From contig JACPPG010000023.1 of NCBI GenBank assembly GCA_016191115.1, positions 69,062 to 133,061 of the forward strand: 64,000 bases of DNA, read 5' to 3'. Positions within the stretch are counted from its first letter, which is position 1. The number at the start of each line of letters is the position of its first letter. The position numbers and the translations under genes were made by a program. The DNA comes from Planctomycetia bacterium (GTDB lineage: Bacteria; Planctomycetota; Planctomycetia; Pirellulales; JACPPG01). The notes under the pieces are model-generated. The model ran no database searches and was not told the origin of the DNA. It worked only from the letters and a program-made list of their open reading frames with translations. Positions 11,030 to 19,398 of the stretch are shown one piece after another.

Positions 11030-11058
11030 GGGTTGGGGGTTGGGGATCTCAGATCCCA
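11030..11058. repeat. G-tract motif GGGGTTGGGGGTTGGGG followed by the palindrome GGGATCT-C-AGATCCC in the aceB-aceA spacer
   Basis: Direct reading. A related G-tract/C-tract pair occurs at 17477-17602. Confidence 0.7.
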
Positions 11059-11169
11059 AATTTCAGATCTCAAATCCAATCTTTAGATCGCGGCCGCTCC
11101 CGGCCGGGCCAGGATTGGTTGGCGGTGCTCCCGACACCAGACTGGTCCCGCCCGGCCGTGGGAACGGCG

Positions 11170-12789
11170 CTACGGCAAGTGCTCGTAGGCCGGTAGCGTG
11201 AGGAACTCGACAAATTCATCGCTGGCGACGATGTTGTCGAAGAGCCGCGCGGCCAACTCGTACTTGCCGGAGGTGTATGCCTGGTCGCCGACCGCGGCGC
11301 GAATCTTGTCCAGCTCTTCCCGCAGGATTTGCCGGACCAGCTCGATGGTCACCCGCCGCCCGTCGTCGAGCACGCCGTCGCGGTGGCGGACCCACTGCCA
11401 GAGCTGCGTGCGGCAGATTTCGGCCGTGGCGGCGTCTTCCATCAGGTTGTAGATCGGGACGCAGCCGTTGCCGCGGAGCCACGACGCGAGGTACAGGAGG
11501 CCCACGTTGACGTTGATCCGCAGGCCCGCCTCGGTGACTGGCCCTTCAGGCACGGCCAGCAGGTCGGCCGCCGCGACGCGGACGTCGTCGCGCTTCACGT
11601 GAAGCTGATTGGGCGTGGGCATGTGCTCGTCGAAGACTTGCCTGGCCACGCTCACCAGCCCCGGGTGGGCGACCCACGTGCCGTCGTGGCCGTCGGTTGC
11701 TTCGCGGAGCTTGTCCTGGCGGACTTTTTCGAGAGCCGTTTCGTTGGCGGCCGCGTCACCCTTGATGGGGATCTGCGCGGCCATGCCCCCTATGGCCAGG
11801 GCCCCGCGGCGGTGGCACGTCTTGATCAACAGTTGCGAGTAGCTCCGCAGGAAGTGCGTGGTCATGGTCACCAGGGCCCGATCGGGCAGCACGAAATCGG
11901 GCCGGCGGCGGAACTTCTTGATGAAGCTGAAGATGTAGTCCCACCGCCCGCAATTCAGGCCCACGCAATGCTCGCGCAGCTCCCACAGGATTTCGTCCAT
12001 CTCGAAGGCGGCGAGGATGGTCTCAATCAAGACCGTGGCGCGGATCGTGCTCCGCGGCAGGCCCAGCTCGTTCTCGGCGAAGACGAAGACCTCGTTCCAC
12101 AACCGCGCCTCCAGGTGGTTTTCAAGCTTTGGCAGATAGAAATAGGGACCGGTGCCTTTTTCGACCAGGAGCGCCGCGTTGTGGAAGGCGAACAGGCCAA
12201 AGTCGAACAGCGATGCGCTAACCGGCTGTCCGTCCACCAGCAGATGCTTTTCCACCAGGTGCCAGCCGCGCGGCCGCACCAGGAGCGTCGCCGTCTGGCG
12301 GTTCAGACGGTACTCCTTGCCCTCGGGCGTGGTCAGGTGAATCGTGCCGCGGACGGCCTCGCGGAGGTTCTGCTGCCCCGCCAGCGTGGCCGCCCACGTC
12401 GGCGCGTGCGAGTCCTCGAAGTCGGCCATGTACATCTTCGCGCCCGAATTCAGCGCGTTGATGACCATCTTGCGGTCGACCGGCCCGGTGATCTCCACGC
12501 GGCGGTCGAGCAGATCCGGCGGAACGTCCACCACCCGCCAGTTGCTCTCGCGAATGCCGCGGGTCTCGGGCAGAAAATCGGGGAGCTGCCCGGCGTCGAG
12601 GCGGGCCTGCACCTGCTGGCGGCGGGCCAACAGCTCCCGCCGCCGGTGGTTGAAGCGGCGGTGCAGCCGGGCCACGAAATCGAGCGCGGCGGGCGTGAGG
12701 ATCTCGCGATCCATTTCGGACAAGGGGGCGGTCACTTGAGCGGCAGCCAGTCGGGGTGGGCGGGCGAGCGTCATCGAGCACATGGGCAT
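11170..12789 (-). CDS. aceB: malate synthase A
   Basis: RRVEITGPVDRKMVINALNSGAKMYMADFEDS and the rest of the protein are collinear with AceB. The start is ambiguous among ATGs at 12789, 12783 and 12774. The upstream part of ORF 11170..12885 is not protein-like. Confidence 0.93.
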   Translation of the reverse strand: MPMCSMTLARPPRLAAAQVTAPLSEMDREILTPAALDFVARLHRRFNHRRRELLARRQQVQARLDAGQLPDFLPETRGIRESNWRVVDVPPDLLDRRVEITGPVDRKMVINALNSGAKMYMADFEDSHAPTWAATLAGQQNLREAVRGTIHLTTPEGKEYRLNRQTATLLVRPRGWHLVEKHLLVDGQPVSASLFDFGLFAFHNAALLVEKGTGPYFYLPKLENHLEARLWNEVFVFAENELGLPRSTIRATVLIETILAAFEMDEILWELREHCVGLNCGRWDYIFSFIKKFRRRPDFVLPDRALVTMTTHFLRSYSQLLIKTCHRRGALAIGGMAAQIPIKGDAAANETALEKVRQDKLREATDGHDGTWVAHPGLVSVARQVFDEHMPTPNQLHVKRDDVRVAAADLLAVPEGPVTEAGLRINVNVGLLYLASWLRGNGCVPIYNLMEDAATAEICRTQLWQWVRHRDGVLDDGRRVTIELVRQILREELDKIRAAVGDQAYTSGKYELAARLFDNIVASDEFVEFLTLPAYEHLP

Positions 12790-12911
12790 GGTATTCCTGC
12801 GCGGTTGAGTCTGAAACAAGGGCCGGCCTTCCCTGCCGGCCGCCACGGCCATTGCCCTTTCGTCGGACGACAAACCGTCCGCCAAAGGCGACGACCGCTT
12901 TCCTTACGCGA

Positions 12912-12939
12912 ATGATAGGAACGGACGCTATATTTGCAA
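12912..12939 (-). promoter_or_regulatory. candidate sigma70 promoter for aceB-aceA (TTGCAA-16 nt-TATCAT on the minus strand)
   Basis: TTGCAA at 12934-12939 and the reverse complement of ATGATA at 12912-12917. It lies in the only AT-rich stretch upstream of aceB. Confidence 0.35.
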
Positions 12940-12945
12940 AAGCAA

Positions 12946-12992
12946 TTGTTTCAATAGAGTCTATTGTTATAATCAATGAAATAGTCACTATT
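12946..12992. promoter_or_regulatory. two palindromic boxes overlapping a TTGTTT-16-TATAAT promoter for the LysR gene
   Basis: The boxes are CAATAG-AGT-CTATTG (12952-12966) and AATAG-TCA-CTATT (12980-12992). TATAAT is at 12968-12973. The palindromes have the T-N11-A character of LysR sites and lie in the divergent aceB/lysR region. Confidence 0.4.
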
Positions 12993-13002
12993 GGCTGCAT
13001 CA

Positions 13003-13956
13003 ATGGTTCAAATCCCGCCCGATCGCCGCCCCAGCCGCCGCCTGACGCACGCCTATCAGGGAAGCCGTCTGCCGCAACTACGCAGCTTCTGCTACGCCGC
13101 GCAGGAGGGGAGCGTCTCCAAGGCGGCCGGCCGGATGTTCCTGAGCCAGCCCAGCGTGTCGCTGCAAATCCAGGCCCTGGAGCGCGAGTTCAAGACGCTA
13201 CTCTTCGAGCGGCGCGGGCCGAAGATCGCGCTGACGCCCGAGGGCAAGACCCTTTACGAGCTGGCCTGGCCGCTGGTCGAGGCGATCGACACGCTGGAGG
13301 GAAAGTTCGCCGCGCGGCGCGGCGGCGTCGAGGCGGGACGGCTGGACATCGCCGCCGGCGAATCGACACTCCTCTACCTCTTGCCGCCGTTCGTCAAGGA
13401 ATTCGCCGACCGCTATCCCGGGATCGAGCTCAAGCTGCACAACGTCACCGGGCGCGACGGCGTGGCCATGCTCCGCGCCGATCAGGTCGACTTCGCCGTC
13501 GGGCCGATGACGGAGGAGGGCGAAGGGCTCGACTACCGCGACATGTTCGCCGCCGATCCGATGTTGATCACGGCGCTCGACCACCCGTTGGCGAAAAAGA
13601 AGAAGGTCACGATCCGCGACATCGCCGCTTACCCGTTGATCCTGCCGCCGCGGCACCTGGCCACTTGGCGGGTGGTGGATTTCGCCTTCCACAAGCACAA
13701 GCTGAAGTACCACGTCAAGCTGGAAGCCGGCGGCTGGGAAGTCATCAAACGGTACGTCGAGCTGGGGCTCGGCATCTCGATCGTGGCCAGCATCTGCCTG
13801 ACGGGAAAGGAACGGATCGCGGCGATCCCGGTGAACCGCTACTTTCCCAGGCGACGGTACGGCGTCGTGACGCGGCGCGGAAGGCCCCTCTCGCCGCAGG
13901 CCCACAAGTTCCTGGAGATCATGGCCAACTCGCCCAAGCGCGCGACGTCGCCCTAA
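13003..13956 (+). CDS. LysR-family transcriptional regulator
   Basis: The HTH is LRSFCYAAQEGSVSKAAGRMFLSQPSVSLQIQALEREF, followed by a LysR substrate-binding domain. The first ATG is at 13003; the ORF-track start at 12991 is TTG. It is divergent from aceBA. Confidence 0.9.
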   Translation: MVQIPPDRRPSRRLTHAYQGSRLPQLRSFCYAAQEGSVSKAAGRMFLSQPSVSLQIQALEREFKTLLFERRGPKIALTPEGKTLYELAWPLVEAIDTLEGKFAARRGGVEAGRLDIAAGESTLLYLLPPFVKEFADRYPGIELKLHNVTGRDGVAMLRADQVDFAVGPMTEEGEGLDYRDMFAADPMLITALDHPLAKKKKVTIRDIAAYPLILPPRHLATWRVVDFAFHKHKLKYHVKLEAGGWEVIKRYVELGLGISIVASICLTGKERIAAIPVNRYFPRRRYGVVTRRGRPLSPQAHKFLEIMANSPKRATSP

Positions 13957-13995
13957 GGCGACCCGCTGCCCCATTCATCATTCGCGCATTCATCA

Positions 13996-14199
13996 TTAGT
14001 CTTTAGCGATCATCACGTCCGAGGCCTTGATGACGGCCGTGACGCGGTCGCCCGCTGCCAGCTTCATTCGTTCGGCGCTCTCGCGCGTGATCGAGGCGAC
14101 CACGTCAAGCCCGCCGGCCGTTACGACCACCTCGGCCGTGACCACGCCCATCTTGACGCTCTTGACCTGACCGTGGAACTGGTTGCGTGCGCTGAGCAT
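13996..14199 (-). CDS. mop: molybdenum-pterin-binding protein (molbindin, TOBE domain)
   Basis: A 67-aa protein, MLSARNQFHGQVKSVKMGVVTAEVVV...VIKASDVMIA, which closely matches the Mop pattern SARNQL.G.V......G.V.AEV. Confidence 0.85.
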   Translation of the reverse strand: MLSARNQFHGQVKSVKMGVVTAEVVVTAGGLDVVASITRESAERMKLAAGDRVTAVIKASDVMIAKD

Positions 14200-14224
14200 G
14201 GGAACTTCTCCTGGTTCGTCTTAT

Positions 14225-14312
14225 CTGTAGGAGGCGACTCCCGTCGCCGACGACTCTACGCGCGATTTGACGAATGTCGTTCGGCTATCGGCGTCGGGAG
14301 GCGCCTCCAACA
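14225..14312. repeat. REP-A inverted pair (TGTAGGAGGCGACTCCCGTCGCCGA ... TCGGCGTCGGGAGGCGCCTCCAACA)
   Basis: The same unit occurs at 19111-19195 and 62977-63062. Each unit contains a GGCGAC-TCCC-GTCGCC hairpin. Confidence 0.8.
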
Positions 14313-14368
14313 GGGACTTCGCCTCGTCGAGGGCTCTGCCTGGTTCATGCGAGCGGTGCACGCCGCGG

Positions 14369-15199
14369 TCACTTCCCCTTCAGCAGCCGGTCGCGGAGCC
14401 ACGTGGCCGCGGCGTCGTAGGCTGCGTCGGCGACCCGATGCCCCGACGCCGGCAGCACATGAAGTTCCACGTCCACGACCTGGTCGGTCAGCCTGGCCCC
14501 CTTGGCGATCTTCCGCGCGAAACGAATGCAATCGTCGGTATTGACGCGGACGTCGTTATTGCCGATCCACAGCCACACGGAGCGCGGCGTCAGCCGCTCG
14601 GCAATGCCGGAAAGCGCCAGCGCCGAAACGCGCGGATCGGCCTCCGTGCCCACGAACTCGCGCAGCACCGACGGGCGCGTGACGGGCGCGAAAGCCGCCA
14701 CGGTCCGCACGCGCGGGTCGGCCGCGGCGAATTGTAGCGCCATGTAACCGCCGCGCGACGTGCCGCACGCGGCGACGCGGGCGGGATCCGTGTATTTCTC
14801 GGCCACCAGGTAGTCGAGGACTCCGGAGGCCCGCGATACAAAATCGTTCACCAGTGGTTCGCCGGCCAGCACGCGCGAGCGCCACGCGGCGATCCCCTCC
14901 GGCTCGTCCGCGCGCAGGTCCTGGCCATGACCGGGGACATCGACGGAAACGACAAAAACGCCGTCGTCGAGCAGTTTCCGGCCGGCCCGGCCGTACTGGT
15001 CGCCGTCGGCCAATGTCTTTTCGACCGAGGTCGCGAACACAAACAGCGTGGCAGCCGGCTCCGCGGGCCGCTCGCCGATAATCCCGAAGCGAACGCCCGC
15101 GGGCGTTCGCAATACCGTGACTTCGCGCGCGCCGGCCGCGAGGGCCAATACGGGCGCCCCACAAAACAAGGCCGTGAATCCGCAGATACGTGCGATCAT
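14369..15199 (-). CDS. secreted alpha/beta hydrolase (dienelactone hydrolase / S9-esterase-like)
   Basis: ORF trimmed to ATG 15199 (signal peptide MIARICGFTALFCGAPVLALAAG). The nucleophile elbow is GTSRGG, with a C-terminal HVLPASGH. Confidence 0.7.
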   Translation of the reverse strand: MIARICGFTALFCGAPVLALAAGAREVTVLRTPAGVRFGIIGERPAEPAATLFVFATSVEKTLADGDQYGRAGRKLLDDGVFVVSVDVPGHGQDLRADEPEGIAAWRSRVLAGEPLVNDFVSRASGVLDYLVAEKYTDPARVAACGTSRGGYMALQFAAADPRVRTVAAFAPVTRPSVLREFVGTEADPRVSALALSGIAERLTPRSVWLWIGNNDVRVNTDDCIRFARKIAKGARLTDQVVDVELHVLPASGHRVADAAYDAAATWLRDRLLKGK

Positions 15200-15342
15200 C
15201 CTCACGCGACGCGCCTCCTCTAGGCCTTTTGAATCTGTTCCGCCGCCTGCCGCCCGTCGGCCACCTGTGCATCCTTTCGTCTTGGCCGGCCACATCGACC
15301 GCGGGCTTGACCAGTCGCGCGGTCGATCACCTCTTGGATATT

Positions 15343-16716
15343 TTACTCGTATCGCAGGGCCTCGATCGGGTCAAGGCGTGATGCCTTCCAGGCCGGGTAG
15401 TAGCCGAACGCGATGCCCACCGACGCCGACACAAGGAACGCGGCGACGACGGCCGGGATCGACGTTTCGGTGGGCCATTTCAACAAGCTGGTGACCACCA
15501 TCGAGCCCAGCCGCCCCAGCACGATTCCCATGATCCCGCCCAACAGGCAGAGCACGATGGCCTCGACCAGAAACTGGCGGAGGATGTCGCGGGCCCGCGC
15601 GCCCACGGCCATCCGCAAGCCGATTTCGCGGGTCCGCTCGGTGACGCTGACGAGCATGATATTCATGATGCCCACGCCCCCCACGACGAGCGAAATGCAC
15701 GCCACGATCAACAGCAGCCACGACATCAGCTTGGTGGTCGACGACATCGTCCGCGCCATCTCGGTCATGTCGCGAATGTTGAAATCGTCGGGCTCGCCGG
15801 AACGGATGCGGTGCCGCTCGCGCAGCAGTTCCGTGATTTGCCGCATCGCGACCGGAATCTGGTCCTCCGTAACGACGCGGGCCAACAACTGGTCGACGTT
15901 CGCGAAGCGGACCGGCTGCGGCGTGTTGGCCAGTTGCGCCGCCGACGGGACAGGGTACAGGCCCGTCATCGATCCGGGGTAGAGCTGGCTCAAGGTGTTG
16001 ATCCGCTGCGATGGATCGCCCGCAACGGTGGCGGTTTGCACGGCCGTTTGCGCGCTCGTGCCGGCAACGCGGTACTTGATCGTCGTCCAGGGCGCGAGCA
16101 CGAGGTCGTCCTGGTCCAGTCCCGTCATGCTCGCCCCCTTCCGCGTCAGCACGCCCACGACGCGAAAGGGGACGCTCTTGATGCGGATTTCCTTGCCCAG
16201 CGGGGACTGGCCGTCGAACAGTTCGCGGACGATCGTCTGTCCGACGACGCACACCTTGCTGCCGTTGCGAACGTCGCGGTCGCTGAAGACGTCCCCTTCG
16301 GCCAGGTTCCATTCCCGCACGTCGAGATACTCGGGCACCGTTCCATAGATGTACGGTGGCACCCAGTTGCGGTTGCCGTACACCAACTGCGGGCGCACCC
16401 GCACCAAGGGCGCCAGGGCGTCGACGGCCGGGCACTCGGCCAGGATCGCCTCGCCGTCGCCGGGCGTGAGCGTCAGGATGGTCCCGCTGCCGAAGCTGAC
16501 GCCGCCACTGGCGGCCGTGCCCGACTGGATCAATAGATTGTTGGACCCCATGCTTTCGATCGACTTGCGGACGGCCGTGGCCGAGCCCTGGCCGATCTCG
16601 ATCATGGCGATGACCGAAGCGCAGCCGATGACGATGCCCAGGGTGGTGAGCGTGGAGCGCATGATGTTGCGCCGCAGGGCACGGACGGCGGTTCGCAGGA
16701 TGCGATAGACTCTCAT
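15343..16716 (-). CDS. MacB-type ABC transporter permease (MacB periplasmic domain + FtsX)
   Basis: ORF 15343..17301 trimmed to ATG 16716, which overlaps the stop of the ATPase gene (ATGA). The N-terminus is MRVYRILRTAVRALRRNIMRSTLTTLGIVIGCASVI. The C-terminus is TREIGLRMAVGARARDILRQFLVEA. Confidence 0.9.
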   Translation of the reverse strand: MRVYRILRTAVRALRRNIMRSTLTTLGIVIGCASVIAMIEIGQGSATAVRKSIESMGSNNLLIQSGTAASGGVSFGSGTILTLTPGDGEAILAECPAVDALAPLVRVRPQLVYGNRNWVPPYIYGTVPEYLDVREWNLAEGDVFSDRDVRNGSKVCVVGQTIVRELFDGQSPLGKEIRIKSVPFRVVGVLTRKGASMTGLDQDDLVLAPWTTIKYRVAGTSAQTAVQTATVAGDPSQRINTLSQLYPGSMTGLYPVPSAAQLANTPQPVRFANVDQLLARVVTEDQIPVAMRQITELLRERHRIRSGEPDDFNIRDMTEMARTMSSTTKLMSWLLLIVACISLVVGGVGIMNIMLVSVTERTREIGLRMAVGARARDILRQFLVEAIVLCLLGGIMGIVLGRLGSMVVTSLLKWPTETSIPAVVAAFLVSASVGIAFGYYPAWKASRLDPIEALRYE

Positions 16717-17462
16717 CGGTTTTCGCCTCCGCCGGCGTGCCTGCCGGCCGCGGCCACGCCGTCCGTCACGCGATGGTCGTCCGCGCCGTCCTCGATCAGC
16801 CCGTCGCGCATGCGAATCGAGCGCTGGGCGTAGCTGGCTACACCGGCGTCGTGCGTGACGAGGATAATCGTGATCCCCTGCTCGGCGTTTAAGCATTGGA
16901 ACATCCGCAGGGTCTCGACGCTTGTGTGCGAGTCGAGATTGCCCGTCGGCTCGTCGGCCAATAATAGCGGCGGATCGTGGATCAACGACCGGGCGATGGC
17001 CACGCGCTGCTGTTGCCCGCCCGAAAGCTGGGAGGGCTGATGGTCCATGCGGTCCCCGAGGCCCACGGCCGCCAGCAGTCGCGTGGCCCGCTCGTGGGCC
17101 TGCCGGTCGCTCAAGGGCTCGTGGCTGTAGGACAGCGGCATCAGGACGTTTTCCAAGGCGCTGGTGCGGGCGAGCAGATTGAAGTTCTGAAACACGAAGC
17201 CGATCTTGCGGTTGCGGACGCCGGCGCGCTCGTCCATCGACAACCCTGACATCTCCTCGCCGTCGAGCCAGTATTGGCCCGACGTGGGACGATCGAGACA
17301 CCCCAGGATGTTCATGAGCGTCGTTTTCCCCGAGCCCGACGCGCCCATCAACGCCACCATCTCGCCGCGATCGATCGACAGCGACACGCCGCGCAGCACG
17401 GGCACGTCGATCTCGCCGCGATAGTAGGTCTTGCGGATGTCTTCCAGGCGGATGAGGGGCAT
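16713..17462 (-). CDS. ABC transporter ATP-binding protein (MacB/LolD-type)
   Basis: Trimmed to ATG 17462 (MPLIRLEDIRKTYY). Walker A is GASGSGKTT, the signature is LSGGQQQRVAIAR, and Walker B is LLLADEPTGNLD. Confidence 0.93.
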   Translation of the reverse strand: MPLIRLEDIRKTYYRGEIDVPVLRGVSLSIDRGEMVALMGASGSGKTTLMNILGCLDRPTSGQYWLDGEEMSGLSMDERAGVRNRKIGFVFQNFNLLARTSALENVLMPLSYSHEPLSDRQAHERATRLLAAVGLGDRMDHQPSQLSGGQQQRVAIARSLIHDPPLLLADEPTGNLDSHTSVETLRMFQCLNAEQGITIILVTHDAGVASYAQRSIRMRDGLIEDGADDHRVTDGVAAAGRHAGGGENR

Positions 17463-17476
17463 GGACGAAGGGCTCA

Positions 17477-17602
17477 GGGGTCGGGGGTTGGGGGTTCGGG
17501 TTGGAACTCTTGGTTTCGGGGCCGCTGCAGTGCCGGACAAAAGCAGCGAGCCGCCGGGTTTATCCCGGCGGTCTTCGTGCTCTTCCCCAACCCCCAATCC
17601 CC
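17477..17602. repeat. long-range inverted G-tract/C-tract pair inside the efflux operon spacer
   Basis: GGGGTCGGGGGTTGGGGGTTCGGG (17477-17500) faces CCCCAACCCCCAATCCCC (17585-17602). An inner hairpin GCCGGG-TTTAT-CCCGGC is present. The element lies between the adaptor stop (17609) and the ATPase start (17462). Confidence 0.7.
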
Positions 17603-17608
17603 ACGCTC

Positions 17609-18895
17609 TCACTGCGGCGGCCGCTTGGCGCCGCCGAACATTTGCGGTGTGAAGGGACTCTTCGCGTCGCCGCCCGTGTCCTGGCGGACGTCGCCCGTTA
17701 CGATTTGGTCTCCCTCCTTGAGGTCTCCGGCAACGATTTCGGTCGAGCCGCTGTCGGCCAGGCCCAGCTTCACGCTCACCGGTCGCAGCAGATGACCGTC
17801 GGCGACCCACACCCGGCCGTTATTGCGCTCCTTGGGATCGCTCGACTTGCCGCGCCGCCCGCCGCCGCCGCGCGCGTCGAGCTCCGCACGGTACTCCGGC
17901 GCCACGAGTCGCGTCGCCGGCCGGTACCGCAGCGCCGAATTCGGCACCACGAGCACGCCCGAACGGCTTCCCGCGTCGAAATCCAGGTTGGCGGTCAGGT
18001 AGGGCAGCAGCTTGCCGTCGGAATTGTCGGTCGTCACCACGACCGTGTACGTAACGACGTTTTGCGTCATCGTGGCATTGAGCCGGGTTTGCAGCACCTG
18101 GCCGTGAAACGTCTGGTCGGGGTACGCGTCGACCGTGAACGTCACGTTCTGCCCGGGATGAATCTGTCCCACGTCCGCTTCATTGACCGCGGCCCACACC
18201 TGCAGCCGGCCCAGGTCCTTGGCGATGAGAAACAGGCTTGGCGCATTGAGGCTGGCGACGACCGTCTGGCCGATGTTCATGCGGCGATCGATGATCACGC
18301 CCTTCACCGGAGACTTGATCGTCGTGTAGCCGAGATTGATCTCGGCCTGGTCCAGGCTGGAGCGGGCTTGCTCGACGGCCGCCTTGCCGACGGCCAGGGC
18401 GCTTTTGGCCGCTTCCCATTCGGCGCGGGCCAGGTCGTAGTCCTGCTCCGAGTTGGCGTTCTTGGCGTGCAACGACTGGGCGCGCTGCCAGTCGCGCTCG
18501 CGCTGAAACAGCCGCGCCTGCAACTGCGAAAGGTCCGCCTCGGAGCGCTGCAGGTTAGCCCTGGCCTGGGCGACCTGCGTCTTGTAGATCGCGTCGTCGA
18601 TTTGCGCGAGGATCGTTCCTTCCTCGACGGCCGACCCGTAGTCGATCGTCTTGGTGGAATCGGCCGGATCGATGCCCAGGTTCTGGATCTTCCCCGCGAC
18701 TTGCGCCCCGACGTCGACGACCTCCTCGGGCTCGATGGTGCCGGTGGCGGAGATCGAGGCGTCCAGGTTGCCGCGCGTGACTTCGGCGGTGCGGAACTGC
18801 GGCGCATCGGCGCCGGCGCCTTGCCAGTACCAGACACCGCCTCCGGCAGCGGCGAGCAGGGCCGCCAGGACCGCGATTTGTCCGAGGATTTTCAT
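17609..18895 (-). CDS. efflux periplasmic adaptor (HlyD/MacA family)
   Basis: The signal anchor is MKILGQIAVLAALLAAAGGG. A coiled-coil hairpin region (QVAQARANLQRSEADLSQLQARL...) and beta-barrel domains follow. It is the first gene of the adaptor-ATPase-permease operon. Confidence 0.9.
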   Translation of the reverse strand: MKILGQIAVLAALLAAAGGGVWYWQGAGADAPQFRTAEVTRGNLDASISATGTIEPEEVVDVGAQVAGKIQNLGIDPADSTKTIDYGSAVEEGTILAQIDDAIYKTQVAQARANLQRSEADLSQLQARLFQRERDWQRAQSLHAKNANSEQDYDLARAEWEAAKSALAVGKAAVEQARSSLDQAEINLGYTTIKSPVKGVIIDRRMNIGQTVVASLNAPSLFLIAKDLGRLQVWAAVNEADVGQIHPGQNVTFTVDAYPDQTFHGQVLQTRLNATMTQNVVTYTVVVTTDNSDGKLLPYLTANLDFDAGSRSGVLVVPNSALRYRPATRLVAPEYRAELDARGGGGRRGKSSDPKERNNGRVWVADGHLLRPVSVKLGLADSGSTEIVAGDLKEGDQIVTGDVRQDTGGDAKSPFTPQMFGGAKRPPQ

Positions 18896-19110
18896 GGGCG
18901 GTTTTGGGCAATTCTGTCGCCACGATCCGTCTGCCGCGGCGCCGGGCGAGCGCCGGCCGGCTCGCGCGGGAGAGCACTATGTCTATTGTTGGTCCAAACC
19001 GCGGCACGGGCCACTGGTAGTCTGTAACCCCAGTGCAGCCCAGTAGGTTCCGAAGCGAGCGACTAGTCGATCGTTACCCGTCCCTCAACATACCAAGCCG
19101 GCGCCACAAG

Positions 19111-19195
19111 CTGTAGGAGGCGACTCCCGTCGCCGTTCCAGTTTGCGACAACTTCTACGGCGCCAAATCGCCGTCGGGAGACGGCTTCTACAAAA
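19111..19195. repeat. REP-A inverted pair
   Basis: CTGTAGGAGGCGACTCCCGTCGCCG ... CGCCGTCGGGAGACGGCTTCTACA. Same family as 14225 and 62977. Confidence 0.8.
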
Positions 19196-19251
19196 GGGAT
19201 CATCGGGAGATGGCTCTTGCACGTAGCCTAGAGACATGCAATGTCGCACTC

Positions 19252-19392
19252 CAGGGCCGTTCACAGATTCAAGCTTGCCGGCGGCGCACCGGCGGGAAAG
19301 TGGGACAGGCACCGAGACGCAACGTTGGTCTGAAAGGACTTGCGCTGTTTATGCTCGGAGCCAGTCCCATTTTCCCGCCTCGCCATTTTGAG
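19252..19392 (-). repeat. F1 element, copy A (inverted relative to the other copies); its far end abuts the cbpA-like start codon
   Basis: Starts CAGGGCCGTTCACAGATTCAAG. The core is identical to copies C and D when reverse-complemented. It can be aligned up to ...CGCCATTTTGAG at 19392, and the ATG of the next gene is at 19399. Confidence 0.85.
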
Positions 19393-19398
19393 TGAATC

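Noticed and set aside
19010-19016. GCCACTG 'B12-box'-like heptamer upstream of REP-A and F1 copy A
   Set aside because: None of the other conserved cobalamin-riboswitch elements are present, and no B12-related gene lies downstream.
19210-19395. Small ORFs repeated in several places (MGQAPRRNVGLKGLALFMLGASPIFPPRHFE at 19210, 33031 and 61809; MRCLCSEPVPFSRLAILK at 33126, 41387 and 53250; MRRKMSQTPDFAVLL at 33589 and 54367)
   Set aside because: They lie entirely inside F1/F2 repeat copies. Both strands of the element give ORFs. The starts and ends are set by flanking DNA that differs at each locus. I treat the repeats as non-coding.
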